From a virus: a stretch of DNA of 64,000 nt. The notes beneath the pieces are model-generated. The model saw nothing but the letters and a program-made list of their open reading frames with translations, did no database searches and was not told where the DNA came from. The DNA is taken from IMG/VR virus record IMGVR_UViG_3300043788_000040, positions 32,001 to 96,000 of that record; one strand, given 5' to 3'. Positions 38,576-46,512 of the stretch are shown here, piece by piece. The position numbers and the translations under genes are program-made. Each line of letters starts with the position of its first letter. Positions within the stretch are counted from its first letter, which is position 1.

Positions 38576-38662
38576 GCCGGGATGGCGGAATTGGCAGACG
38601 CGGCGGCCTCAAACACCGTTGCCTTAAAAAGCGTGCAGGTTCGACTCCTGTTCCCGGCACCA
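38576..38662 (+). tRNA. tRNA-Leu(CAA)
   Basis: Loop CTCAAAC; Leu-type body; CCA. Confidence 0.9.
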
Positions 38663-38697
38663 ATTCCAGTATTATCGTGGTAGGGAGCTACACTACC

Positions 38698-39039
38698 ATG
38701 AAAATCTTCACCGCAGTTCTTTTGACTCTGTCGTTCGCCACACTGGCATCAGCCGCGACCATCAAGGCGTTCTCAGTGAACAACGTCGTTCGGGTCAAGG
38801 ACAACATCTACACCGCTGAGAAGTACATCGCCGACACGCACGGGGAAGCCAACGCAGGCGACATCGCCGAGCAGTACATCACGTTCAAGACCGAGGGCTG
38901 CCTACACAACCCCGCTGCCAACACCAGCGCGATCTATGTGACAACCCCGGACGGCGCAAAGCTGATCTTTTCCGATGGCGGCACTTGCACGGTTGATGTC
39001 ATGCAGAGCGACTCCAAAGCGCCTGCCGTCACAAAGTAA
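38698..39039 (+). CDS. Secreted small protein
   Basis: Signal peptide ending ASA; two Cys. Confidence 0.7.
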   Translation: MKIFTAVLLTLSFATLASAATIKAFSVNNVVRVKDNIYTAEKYIADTHGEANAGDIAEQYITFKTEGCLHNPAANTSAIYVTTPDGAKLIFSDGGTCTVDVMQSDSKAPAVTK

Positions 39040-39108
39040 CCTGTAAGCTTCTCCGTTTCAACCACTTACTGGTGGACAAATCTACACCCCTGCCTGTATA
39101 CTATTCCC

Positions 39109-39330
39109 ATGAAGCTGACTTACTGGATCGCTGACTGCCTCAACGACGCTCCGTGCTATTCTGTCCGTGCGAAGACACGCCGGGAAGTCAAAGCAGAGTT
39201 GGCTAACCGTGAAGTCCGGGGCGGTGATTACGGCAAGCCACGCAAGGTCACGGTTGAATACGCCGGGGCTTTTGACCTCGTGCTCCAATGCACGGGAGAA
39301 GGCGGTCTTTACGAAGGGAAGCGCCAATGA
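39109..39330 (+). CDS. Hypothetical protein (probably leaderless)
   Basis: TGGACA-18-TATACT ends 6 nt before the ATG. Confidence 0.6.
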   Translation: MKLTYWIADCLNDAPCYSVRAKTRREVKAELANREVRGGDYGKPRKVTVEYAGAFDLVLQCTGEGGLYEGKRQ

Positions 39331-39441
39331 AGCGCCCAAACAAGATCAGGCTGGTGGGGTCAAAACAACAGTCCAAAATCGGGCTGTTTGACGAAGTGCG
39401 GATCGTGCGAATTCAAGTCAAGCGTACGGTTAAGGCATCTA

Positions 39442-39786
39442 ATGACCGTGGGTAAAGAGCTTTGGGAAATTCTGGTGCCGTGCGTACGCAACGACGGGCG
39501 ACCGATTCACACTCGGTTCCACAGGGTGTGGGATCGCAAGGTTGAAGCGATCTGCGGTGGTCTGACTGTCCTCACGCCTGTCGGCAAAGGTACGTGGGTG
39601 CATGAAGGGCGCACTCTCCGTGAGCGCATGATTCCCGTGCGTGTCATGTGTACTCGGGAACAGGTTGACGAAATCATTGATTTGACGCTTGAGTACTACG
39701 AACAACTCGCTGTCATGGCTTACAGGATAAGCGACATGGTAATCCTGAGACACCGGGCGGCGAGGAAAGGCGACAAAAATGTCTAA
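39442..39786 (+). CDS. Hypothetical protein
   Basis: LWEILVP..GGLT..GKGTW..RMIPVR. Confidence 0.6.
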   Translation: MTVGKELWEILVPCVRNDGRPIHTRFHRVWDRKVEAICGGLTVLTPVGKGTWVHEGRTLRERMIPVRVMCTREQVDEIIDLTLEYYEQLAVMAYRISDMVILRHRAARKGDKNV

Positions 39787-39895
39787 CGAAAGGGGAAAGC
39801 TTGGAGTGTTCGGGGCGTTGGTGGCAGTGCTCATCATTTTGGGTCTGCTCTCTCTGTTCGCCAACTACATCGGCATTCTACCCAAGTACTAACCT

Positions 39896-40126
39896 ATGGC
39901 GCTGCGACTTGAATACAAGGACGACGTCGGCAACACGCACTCCCGGCAGTGGCACTACAGTGAACCCCTGCCCGAGGAATACAAGCGGGCACGTGTCCTC
40001 AAAATAACCGCCGATGGCGATGAACTGGACTTGATCCTGCACACGTTGACCGCAACGATCAAGCCAACCGTGACGATTGATGCGACACCAGCGCCAGCCG
40101 CACTGACGAAAGGGAGCGGACAATGA
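39896..40126 (+). CDS. Hypothetical protein
   Basis: Coupled to the downstream gene. Confidence 0.55.
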   Translation: MALRLEYKDDVGNTHSRQWHYSEPLPEEYKRARVLKITADGDELDLILHTLTATIKPTVTIDATPAPAALTKGSGQ

Positions 40127-40470
40127 GAATCCTGATTGCTGAGGATCATGAAGTTCTACGTGATCTACTCGCCAATTTATTGACAGCCAAGGGGCACACC
40201 GTCGTCGCCACGAAAGACGGCGAGGAAGCGCTTCGCACCTTCTACAAAGACGACGGCGGGTTTGACTACGTGATCACCGATTACCAGATGCCACGCAAGA
40301 ACGGCGTCGTGCTCATCATGGACATTCGCCGCATGAATCCTGCCCAAAAGTGCATCCTTGTCTCCGGCGATCCACCACAGATGACGGACATCATCCGCAA
40401 AGAAGCTGGCGAGTTTCCGATCCTGACGAAGCCCTACGGCACCGCCGATTTGTTAGAACTGCTCAAGTAA
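40123..40470 (+). CDS. Single-domain response regulator (CheY-like receiver)
   Basis: ILIAEDH, ITDYQMPRKNG, SG, LTKP. Confidence 0.9.
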   Translation: MRILIAEDHEVLRDLLANLLTAKGHTVVATKDGEEALRTFYKDDGGFDYVITDYQMPRKNGVVLIMDIRRMNPAQKCILVSGDPPQMTDIIRKEAGEFPILTKPYGTADLLELLK

Positions 40471-40518
40471 CGACGGCCGTTGTTTTGAAATTGCCCATTC
40501 CCAAGGTATTATTGGGTT

Positions 40519-41529
40519 ATGGCGAACCCCTTTGGTAACAGATCAAACGACGAAGCAGAAACCGCAAACACACCTGCACCAACCAGTGCGCAAGGCAACG
40601 CGGCAGCCAAGGCAGACGACGACGATCAGGCGTACTACCACTGGTCAAAGCGTAACGGCCTCTACCGCCCCGTGGGACACACGCAGGACACCGTCCCGGC
40701 TGGCATCTACGAAATAGACAACGACAACTCCGGTTGGTACCTATCCAAGGTGAAGTTCCCCTCCGACGCCCTGCTCCGCCTGCCGGGCATGCCCATTGAC
40801 TATATCCTCGGGCAGATTGACACCTTCTGGCAGCGTGAGAAACTGTTCACTCAGACCGGGCTTCTCCACAAGCGTGGCATTCTGATGTATGGACCCGCTG
40901 GCTGCGGCAAGACCTCAATCATCCGCCTGCTTTGCGACGACATCGTCAACAAGCGTGACGGCATCGTCATCATGGTCACGAACTGCCGTCTTGCAGAGAC
41001 CGCCCTCGGCGGCATCCGCCAGATTGAGCCACGTCGTCCGATCCTCACTATCATTGAGGACATTGAGACATTCATGGGACAGAGCGATGAGTCATCATCG
41101 GCTCGTGCGCTCTTGGCTCTCCTTGACGGCGAGACGCAGATCAACCACGTCGTCCACTTGGCGACGACCAACAAGCCTGACTTACTTGAAGACCGCGTTG
41201 TGAAGCGCCCAGGACGTTTTGATCTCGTCATCGGGCTGAACCACCCCGTCGCCGACGCACGCAAGGCGTACTTGTTCAACCTCCTGCAAGAGCACGTGTC
41301 CGCAGACGAGCTTCAGTCCATGGTGGACGAGACGGAAGGTCTCGGGCTTGCTCACCTACGTGAACTGGTTGCGGCGTCGTACTGCTTGGGGCTGGATCGC
41401 AAAGAGACACTTGCCCGCTTGAAATCCAACTTCAAGAAGAAGCTCAAGAACACCGAGAGCAAGGGCAACATCATGGGGTTCACGACGAACTTCGTTGACG
41501 AGGATGGAAAGGTCAAGCTCAACGACTAG
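40519..41529 (+). CDS. AAA+ ATPase
   Basis: GPAGCGKT, IIEDIE, TTN, RPGRFD. Confidence 0.9.
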   Translation: MANPFGNRSNDEAETANTPAPTSAQGNAAAKADDDDQAYYHWSKRNGLYRPVGHTQDTVPAGIYEIDNDNSGWYLSKVKFPSDALLRLPGMPIDYILGQIDTFWQREKLFTQTGLLHKRGILMYGPAGCGKTSIIRLLCDDIVNKRDGIVIMVTNCRLAETALGGIRQIEPRRPILTIIEDIETFMGQSDESSSARALLALLDGETQINHVVHLATTNKPDLLEDRVVKRPGRFDLVIGLNHPVADARKAYLFNLLQEHVSADELQSMVDETEGLGLAHLRELVAASYCLGLDRKETLARLKSNFKKKLKNTESKGNIMGFTTNFVDEDGKVKLND

Positions 41530-41531
41530 GC

Positions 41532-42008
41532 ATGAACAGGATCATCCAGTTCGCCTACGAGTACGACTTCCTTTCCAACTTTTACACCACCACTGTTCAC
41601 CTTGACGGCTTGGCATACGCCTCGGTGGAGCACGCATACCAAGCCGCCAAGACTCTCAACCCCGAGAAGCGTCTGATCTTCACGCTGGATAATCCGAGCC
41701 TGACAGCCCGGCAAGCCAAGAAGATAGGACAAAATCTCAAACTGCGCGATGACTGGGATAAGGTCAAAGTTCCGATCATGCGTGAGCTTTTGTTCCAGAA
41801 GTTCTCCGGTGACCTCAAGCAGAAGCTCCTCGCCACAGGGGATGCTTATCTGGAAGAGGGCAACTGGTGGCACGACATCTTCTGGGGCGTATGTCATCAC
41901 AAGATGGAAGGCAAGACCTGCCGTGAGCCGGAGCATAGGCCTTTCGGAGGGAACCACCTCGGGTACCTGCTAATGGACGTCCGTGCCTACCATCCTCCTG
42001 TGCTATAA
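41532..42008 (+). CDS. NADAR (YbiA/DUF1768) family protein
   Basis: FLSNFY, SVEHAYQAAK, LLATGDAYLEEGNWWHDIFWG, NHLG. Confidence 0.9.
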   Translation: MNRIIQFAYEYDFLSNFYTTTVHLDGLAYASVEHAYQAAKTLNPEKRLIFTLDNPSLTARQAKKIGQNLKLRDDWDKVKVPIMRELLFQKFSGDLKQKLLATGDAYLEEGNWWHDIFWGVCHHKMEGKTCREPEHRPFGGNHLGYLLMDVRAYHPPVL

Positions 42009-42026
42009 TCGGCACTGGAGGAACAC

Positions 42027-42395
42027 ATGGCAACTCTCAAGGAACAAGTAGCCGAACGGATCGCGACCCTCGGACCGACGGTGCAGGATGGCGTTGTTTC
42101 GGTTTTGGTAGAACAGGTCAAAGAGAAGCGCATCAAGGCTGTTCTCACGGCGCTGAGTCTTTTGGAAGACACACAGAAGGAACTCAAGAAAATCAAGCCC
42201 GAGCAGACGTTTGACGGCGACGGTAAGGTTCTCACCGAGTTCTACACCAAGGCGACCACTGAAGCACGCAAAAAGCTGACCGAGAAGATCACCAAGATTG
42301 AGACCGCGCTGACGCAAGCCCTCAGCGAAACCCCGAACTTCGAGAAGCTGTTCGCGGTCACGCAGGGCAAGGAAACCTCCAGCAGCGACGAGTAA
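42027..42395 (+). CDS. Hypothetical coiled-coil protein
   Basis: TG-TATAAT -10 element and GGAGG RBS. Confidence 0.7.
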   Translation: MATLKEQVAERIATLGPTVQDGVVSVLVEQVKEKRIKAVLTALSLLEDTQKELKKIKPEQTFDGDGKVLTEFYTKATTEARKKLTEKITKIETALTQALSETPNFEKLFAVTQGKETSSSDE

Positions 42396-42397
42396 CC

Positions 42398-42790
42398 TTG
42401 ACAACGTCCGAGCATCTCTGGGCACTGGCAACGGAGAGGGCGAACGCCCCCGAACACATGCGGGAATTGTTCGCTCTCGCCATTGACCGCGCCACGTGGG
42501 AAGCAGCCGACAAAATCAATCACGACGTCGGACGTTCCATTTCTTACGACTATCCGCTTTCATCTCGTTGGCAGGGATCGGAACGGCGTTTTTACGCTGA
42601 GGCGCTTCATCGCTACGTTCAACTCAAGCTGGCGCTCCACCGGGTGAAGACAAGGCTTTCGTGGCACACGCCGTCAGAAGACGAAGAGGTCTTCCTTCAC
42701 CACAAAGAGACAGCGCTCCGTGCCCAGATTAAAGCTGCACGAGCCGCCAAGGGCGAAGCGATCTGGGGCGATTTGACGCCCGAAAAATAA
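42398..42790 (+). CDS. Hypothetical protein
   Basis: Follows the upstream gene directly. Confidence 0.55.
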   Translation: MTTSEHLWALATERANAPEHMRELFALAIDRATWEAADKINHDVGRSISYDYPLSSRWQGSERRFYAEALHRYVQLKLALHRVKTRLSWHTPSEDEEVFLHHKETALRAQIKAARAAKGEAIWGDLTPEK

Positions 42791-42794
42791 CCTC

Positions 42795-42823
42795 TTGACA
42801 GTTTCCCGATTTCTTGGTACTAT
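42795..42823 (+). promoter_or_regulatory. Sigma70 promoter of the Pro/Met/Phe tRNA region
   Basis: TTGACA-17-TACTAT with extended TG. Confidence 0.85.
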
Positions 42824-42876
42824 ATGTGAGTACAAACTAAGCGGCGAAGTAAGCCGCTCATAGGTGCTGCCTTCAA

Positions 42877-42951
42877 ATGAACACGATGCGACCATTTTCG
42901 GGATTCCGACCGTACACGCCACCCAGCGTGCGCGGGGTCGCAAGTCTCTGA
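42877..42951 (+). CDS. Pro/Phe/Met-containing attenuator leader peptide MNTMRPFSGFRPYTPPSVRGVASL
   Basis: CCA, CCG, CCA, CCC, TTT, TTC and an internal ATG; AGGT RBS; 3' end overlaps the antiterminator. Confidence 0.7.
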   Translation: MNTMRPFSGFRPYTPPSVRGVASL

Positions 42952-42961
42952 CTTAGGAGAC

Positions 42962-42991
42962 AGCCCCCGCGCTGCAAGGCGTCGGGGCTTT
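42962..42991 (+). terminator. Attenuator terminator-like hairpin (alternative antiterminator 42930-42972)
   Basis: AGCCCC-C-GCGCT-GCAA-GGCGT-C-GGGGCT-TT (weak U tract); GCGCGGGG pairs with CCCCGCGC. Confidence 0.6.
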
Positions 42992-43051
42992 GTGGGTTAT
43001 GAAATTCCCAACAAAGAAGCAATTTTAGCCGCCCCGACTGTAGTTCTGTAT

Positions 43052-43139
43052 CGGGACGTAGCCTCGTAAATGGAAGCGATCTCGCTTTGGAAGCGAGAGC
43101 TTAACCGCCTTGGGAGTTCGAGTCTCCCCGTCCCGACCA
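43052..43139 (+). tRNA. tRNA-Pro(TGG), atypical (long variable region, A37)
   Basis: CGGGACG/CGTCCCG-A-CCA; CTCGC-TTTGGAA-GCGAG. Confidence 0.8.
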
Positions 43140-43168
43140 AGTTTCGTTCGTGAAGTCAACGAACATGT

Positions 43169-43245
43169 CAGGGCGTAGCGCAGTCTGGTAGCGCACTCGT
43201 TTCGGATACGAGGGGTCGCTGGTTCGAATCCAGTCGCCCTGACCA
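43169..43245 (+). tRNA. tRNA-Pro(CGG) (A37)
   Basis: CTCGT-TTCGGAT-ACGAG; CCA. Confidence 0.92.
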
Positions 43246-43250
43246 AGTTT

Positions 43251-43430
43251 GAGAGGCCCGGTGGACGTACCCATCGGCGTAAGTGGGTGGTTACATCCAG
43301 CCTCGTTGAGTGTGAGGTGGAGCGACATACGGGAAGGCGGCTGGCGATCAGCCCCCGGAGTCGTGGTACCGCAAGGTCCATAGTGCTGCCTGCCTAACCG
43401 CTCGCCGGATGGCAGCACGAGTCGCCCATA
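43251..43430 (+). ncRNA. Multi-hairpin structured RNA
   Basis: Non-coding spacer between tRNAs with several stems, e.g. GTGCTGCC/GGCAGCAC. Confidence 0.45.
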
Positions 43431-43434
43431 ATTT

Positions 43435-43511
43435 CGGGACGTAGCGAAGCCTGGTATCGCGCACCCTTGGGGTGGGTGAGGCCCCGAGTTCGAATCTCGG
43501 CGTCCCGACCA
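43435..43511 (+). tRNA. tRNA-Pro(GGG)
   Basis: CACCC-TTGGGGT-GGGTG; CCA. Confidence 0.95.
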
Positions 43512-43639
43512 AATTTTAGTAGTCAAAGGAAGCAATGATGAACAAACAACGCGGCTGGTACACAAGGATTTCAATGTAAGGCACCCTCACGTCCGTTTCG
43601 GTCGGAGGGATACTATCCCTCTGGGAAAGGAGACGGACG

Positions 43640-43825
43640 ATGAAGGTCGTGAAGGTGAAGTTTAACGCCAAGATGTTTTTCGTGAAGTTTGTGTTTTTCG
43701 TTGTTATCGCTGTGGTTGTGATCGCGATCTTCAAGAAGATCGGCGAGTTGGTTACCGCAGCGAAGTTGGTTGAGATGGCAGGCGAGGCTGTAAGCGAGGC
43801 TTTGTCTGAGGCAATCGACGTTTAA
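43640..43825 (+). CDS. Small membrane protein
   Basis: AGGAG RBS; one TM segment. Confidence 0.6.
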   Translation: MKVVKVKFNAKMFFVKFVFFVVIAVVVIAIFKKIGELVTAAKLVEMAGEAVSEALSEAIDV

Positions 43826-43828
43826 GTT

Positions 43829-43932
43829 TTGCAGGTTCGGATTGAGGGGCAGGGTTAATGGCCCTGCTCCGTCCCGTGTGGGTGACCCATTATCACCCTT
43901 AAGCGCCAGTGAAAAGCTGGAGCCTGCGACCA
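43829..43932 (+). ncRNA. CCA-ended structured RNA
   Basis: TTGCAGGTTC/GAGCCTGCGA closing stem then CCA; internal GGGCAGGG/CCCTGCTC hairpin. Confidence 0.45.
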
Positions 43933-43936
43933 GTTT

Positions 43937-44008
43937 TGCGGGGAAGTGAATTGGATCACGTCAGCCTCATAAGCTGAAAACCCGGTTCGAATCCGGCGAC
44001 CGCAACCA
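43937..44008 (+). tRNA. tRNA-Met(CAT)-like, degenerate acceptor stem
   Basis: TCAGC-CTCATAA-GCTGA; T-arm; CCGCAACCA end. Confidence 0.65.
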
Positions 44009-44080
44009 ATTTGGGCAGGTAGTGCCTCCGAACGGCGGGCACGTAAAGCGGAATCAACCGCCATCCTAGCCCGACATTTT

Positions 44081-44686
44081 ATGGAACAGTACCCAGAGAT
44101 ACCCGGCGCGAAGAAAGCTCCCCTCGGGGAGAAGTGCATCGCGTTCTACAAGTACGACGGCTCCAACCTCCGGTGGGAATGGAGTCCGAAGCGTGGCTGG
44201 TACAAGTTCGGCACACGGACGGAATTGTTTGCCCCGAACCATCCGCTGTGGGGGCAGGCGGTGCCGCTCTTCAACGCAGTCGGCGACGACATCGTCAAGC
44301 GGGTGCTGGCGAGTGACAAGAAGTTCCGCAACATTGAGCGGATCATAGCGTTCACGGAATTCTTCGGGCCTTCAAGCTTTGCCGGGACGCACGACGAGAA
44401 GGAACAGAAGGAACTCAGGCTCTTTGACGTTTGGCTGTACAAGAAAGGCAGGATGTCCCCCCGGTGGTTTGTGGAGACGTTCGGAGACGCACCCTATGCG
44501 GCTCAGGTGATCTACGAAGGCAACCTGAACATGGAGTTCATCCGCGACGTGCGGACTGGGAAGTATCCGGTGTGGGAAGGAGTCGTGGCGAAGGGCGACG
44601 ACTTCATGGTCAAGATCAAGACCGAGGCGTACATGCTGAAGCTGAAAGAAGTGTACGGTCTGAACTGGGAAAAGTTTTCGGAGTAA
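44081..44686 (+). CDS. RNA ligase-like nucleotidyltransferase
   Basis: Motif I KYDGSN, EFFG, LFDV, EGVVAK, VKIK; located inside the tRNA cluster. Confidence 0.75.
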   Translation: MEQYPEIPGAKKAPLGEKCIAFYKYDGSNLRWEWSPKRGWYKFGTRTELFAPNHPLWGQAVPLFNAVGDDIVKRVLASDKKFRNIERIIAFTEFFGPSSFAGTHDEKEQKELRLFDVWLYKKGRMSPRWFVETFGDAPYAAQVIYEGNLNMEFIRDVRTGKYPVWEGVVAKGDDFMVKIKTEAYMLKLKEVYGLNWEKFSE

Positions 44687-44687
44687 A

Positions 44688-44764
44688 CGGGACGTAGCGT
44701 AGCCTGGTATCGCGCATGCTTCGGGAGCATGAGACCGTGGGTTCGAATCCCACCGTCCCGACCA
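44688..44764 (+). tRNA. tRNA-Pro(CGG) (G37)
   Basis: CATGC-TTCGGGA-GCATG; CCA. Confidence 0.95.
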
Positions 44765-44769
44765 AGCTT

Positions 44770-44958
44770 ATGAGCAACAAGGTCAATCATAGACGGAGTG
44801 GGAAAGTTCGGGCGCAGCGCAGCAGGCGTTCGTCTAATCTGGTCAACGACCCGCGCCGGGACATCGGCAGGAATCACAACGACCAACTTTGCCACTCGGA
44901 GTGGAAGAAGATCAAGACGAGAATTGAGCGTCGCAGGTTAAAGGGAGAAGGAAGATGA
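44770..44958 (+). CDS. Small Arg-rich protein
   Basis: ATG after the tRNA; ATGA-coupled to the RF gene. Confidence 0.55.
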   Translation: MSNKVNHRRSGKVRAQRSRRSSNLVNDPRRDIGRNHNDQLCHSEWKKIKTRIERRRLKGEGR

Positions 44959-45615
44959 TTCTGGAGATAAGAGCAGCGGAAGGAGGCGAGGACGCGAAGC
45001 TCCTCGTTGAAGACCAAGTCACCATCTATGCCCGTGTGGCAACACGGAGGGGTCTTTAGTTTTGAGATTGTGGAGAAGCGACCGGGTCTCGTCGTATTGA
45101 GGATCACGGGCGCTGGGGCGGAAAGCATACTCGCCAACGAATCGGGTGGTCACCGCTGGCAAAGGGTACCGCCGACCGAGAGGCGAGGCAGGGTGCAGAC
45201 GAGCACGATCACCGTCGCAACGTTCGCCGAGGTGGCGACGGAAGAGTTCAAGGTGAACCCCACTGACTTAGAATGGGACACCATGCGAAGCGGGGGCAAG
45301 GGCGGGCAGAACGTGAACAAGGTTGAGTCCTGCGTTCGTGTCACGCACAAGCCGACCGGGCTGGCAGTACGATGTGAGTCCGAGCGGTCGCAGTCACGCA
45401 ACAGGGCGACGGCGCTTGCTACCCTGACTGCCCGGCTGGCAGCAGCGCACCGGGAGCGGGAGCAGGGCGCACAGTCCGCCGACCGGAAGGCGCAGATCGG
45501 CACGGGACAGCGTGGGGACAAGCGTAGGACAATCCGTGAGAAGGACGGGGTCGTGACAGACCACATCCTAAACCGGAAATGGCGATACGCGGACTATGTA
45601 CGTGGGCTGTGGTAA
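44955..45615 (+). CDS. RF1-type peptide chain release factor (no domain 1), made by +1 programmed frameshift
   Basis: Frame 0 MILEIRAAEGGEDA..RRGL-TAG; +1 frame ESGGHRWQRVPPTE..GRVQTST and GGKGGQNVNK; GGAGG-GGT-CTT-TAG at 45046-45059. Confidence 0.85.
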
Positions 45616-45618
45616 GAT

Positions 45619-45696
45619 GGCGGTGTAGCTCAGTTGGCTAAGAGCGCTGGTCTCATAAACCAGAGGTCGCTGGTTCGATCCCAGCCACCGCTACCA
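45619..45696 (+). tRNA. tRNA-Met/Ile2(CAT), elongator type
   Basis: CTGGT-CTCATAA-ACCAG; CCA. Confidence 0.9.
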
Positions 45697-45783
45697 AATT
45701 TTGCAGTACAAGGAGACAACGATGGCTAACCTTAGCAAGACCACTCATGCCGCGTAAGGCGTGGGCGGTCAAAGGAGAACCAA

Positions 45784-46299
45784 ATGTTGTCAGAAATCAA
45801 AAAGGCGGTCTCGCTGTACTTTGAGCCGCTCAAGAAGCTGTTGCAGTTCCGCGTAAAGCGCTGGCATACGGCTATGCGCGGCTGGGACGAGAAGGACATC
45901 CGGGTCATCATCTGTCTTGAAGACTTGATCTGGTACTGGATGGTTTTGGAATGGCTGTTCTGGGACAATGGCACGTACATCTGCCACTGGCTCCATTACG
46001 TCCCGCTTCCAAAATTTATCTGCAACTGGGAGCGTCACTGGGACAAGGACGACCCGGAGTACTTCGCCAAGTTCGGTGATTGGTTCGGCGATGACTTCGG
46101 ATGCCTGTGGCACGTATGGGTCTGTGACCCGTTGTGCCAGTGGGTGTGGAAGCACAAGGATTTCCACAAGGCGTGGCCTCAGTGGGAATTGACGCTGGAA
46201 GAAGCTCGCAAGACGTTTGCCCATGATCCGGCCATTTATGAGTGGGTTGAAAAAGAGCTTGAACAGCACAAGAAGTGGGATGCAGAAAAGGCTGAATAG
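45784..46299 (+). CDS. Trp-rich hypothetical protein
   Basis: AGGAG RBS. Confidence 0.65.
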   Translation: MLSEIKKAVSLYFEPLKKLLQFRVKRWHTAMRGWDEKDIRVIICLEDLIWYWMVLEWLFWDNGTYICHWLHYVPLPKFICNWERHWDKDDPEYFAKFGDWFGDDFGCLWHVWVCDPLCQWVWKHKDFHKAWPQWELTLEEARKTFAHDPAIYEWVEKELEQHKKWDAEKAE

Positions 46300-46318
46300 C
46301 GGTATCATATACAGAGTG

Positions 46319-46458
46319 GGAACCCCTCACTAACCTGACGAGGGGAGTTACCTGAAGACGCGGGATGGCCCAAAAGCGCTAGTTACCCGGCAGTCTAGGC
46401 TCTTAATCGCGTAACGGCTGAATAGCCGGAGCCGATGGTAACGGGGTTCTCACGCCAA
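46319..46458 (+). ncRNA. Structured RNA of unknown class
   Basis: GGGAACCCC/GGGGTTCTC closing stem followed by ACGCCA; internal hairpins. Confidence 0.45.
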
Positions 46459-46512
46459 GTTTTCAGTCCCAGTCCTGTCTGACTGGGTGGTTGCGGGGGC
46501 AAAAATTTCTGT

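Noticed and set aside
45722-45757. 11-codon ORF MANLSKTTHAA with a strong RBS, ending AA like an ssrA tag
   Set aside because: No tmRNA structure or attenuator hairpins around it; too short to support.
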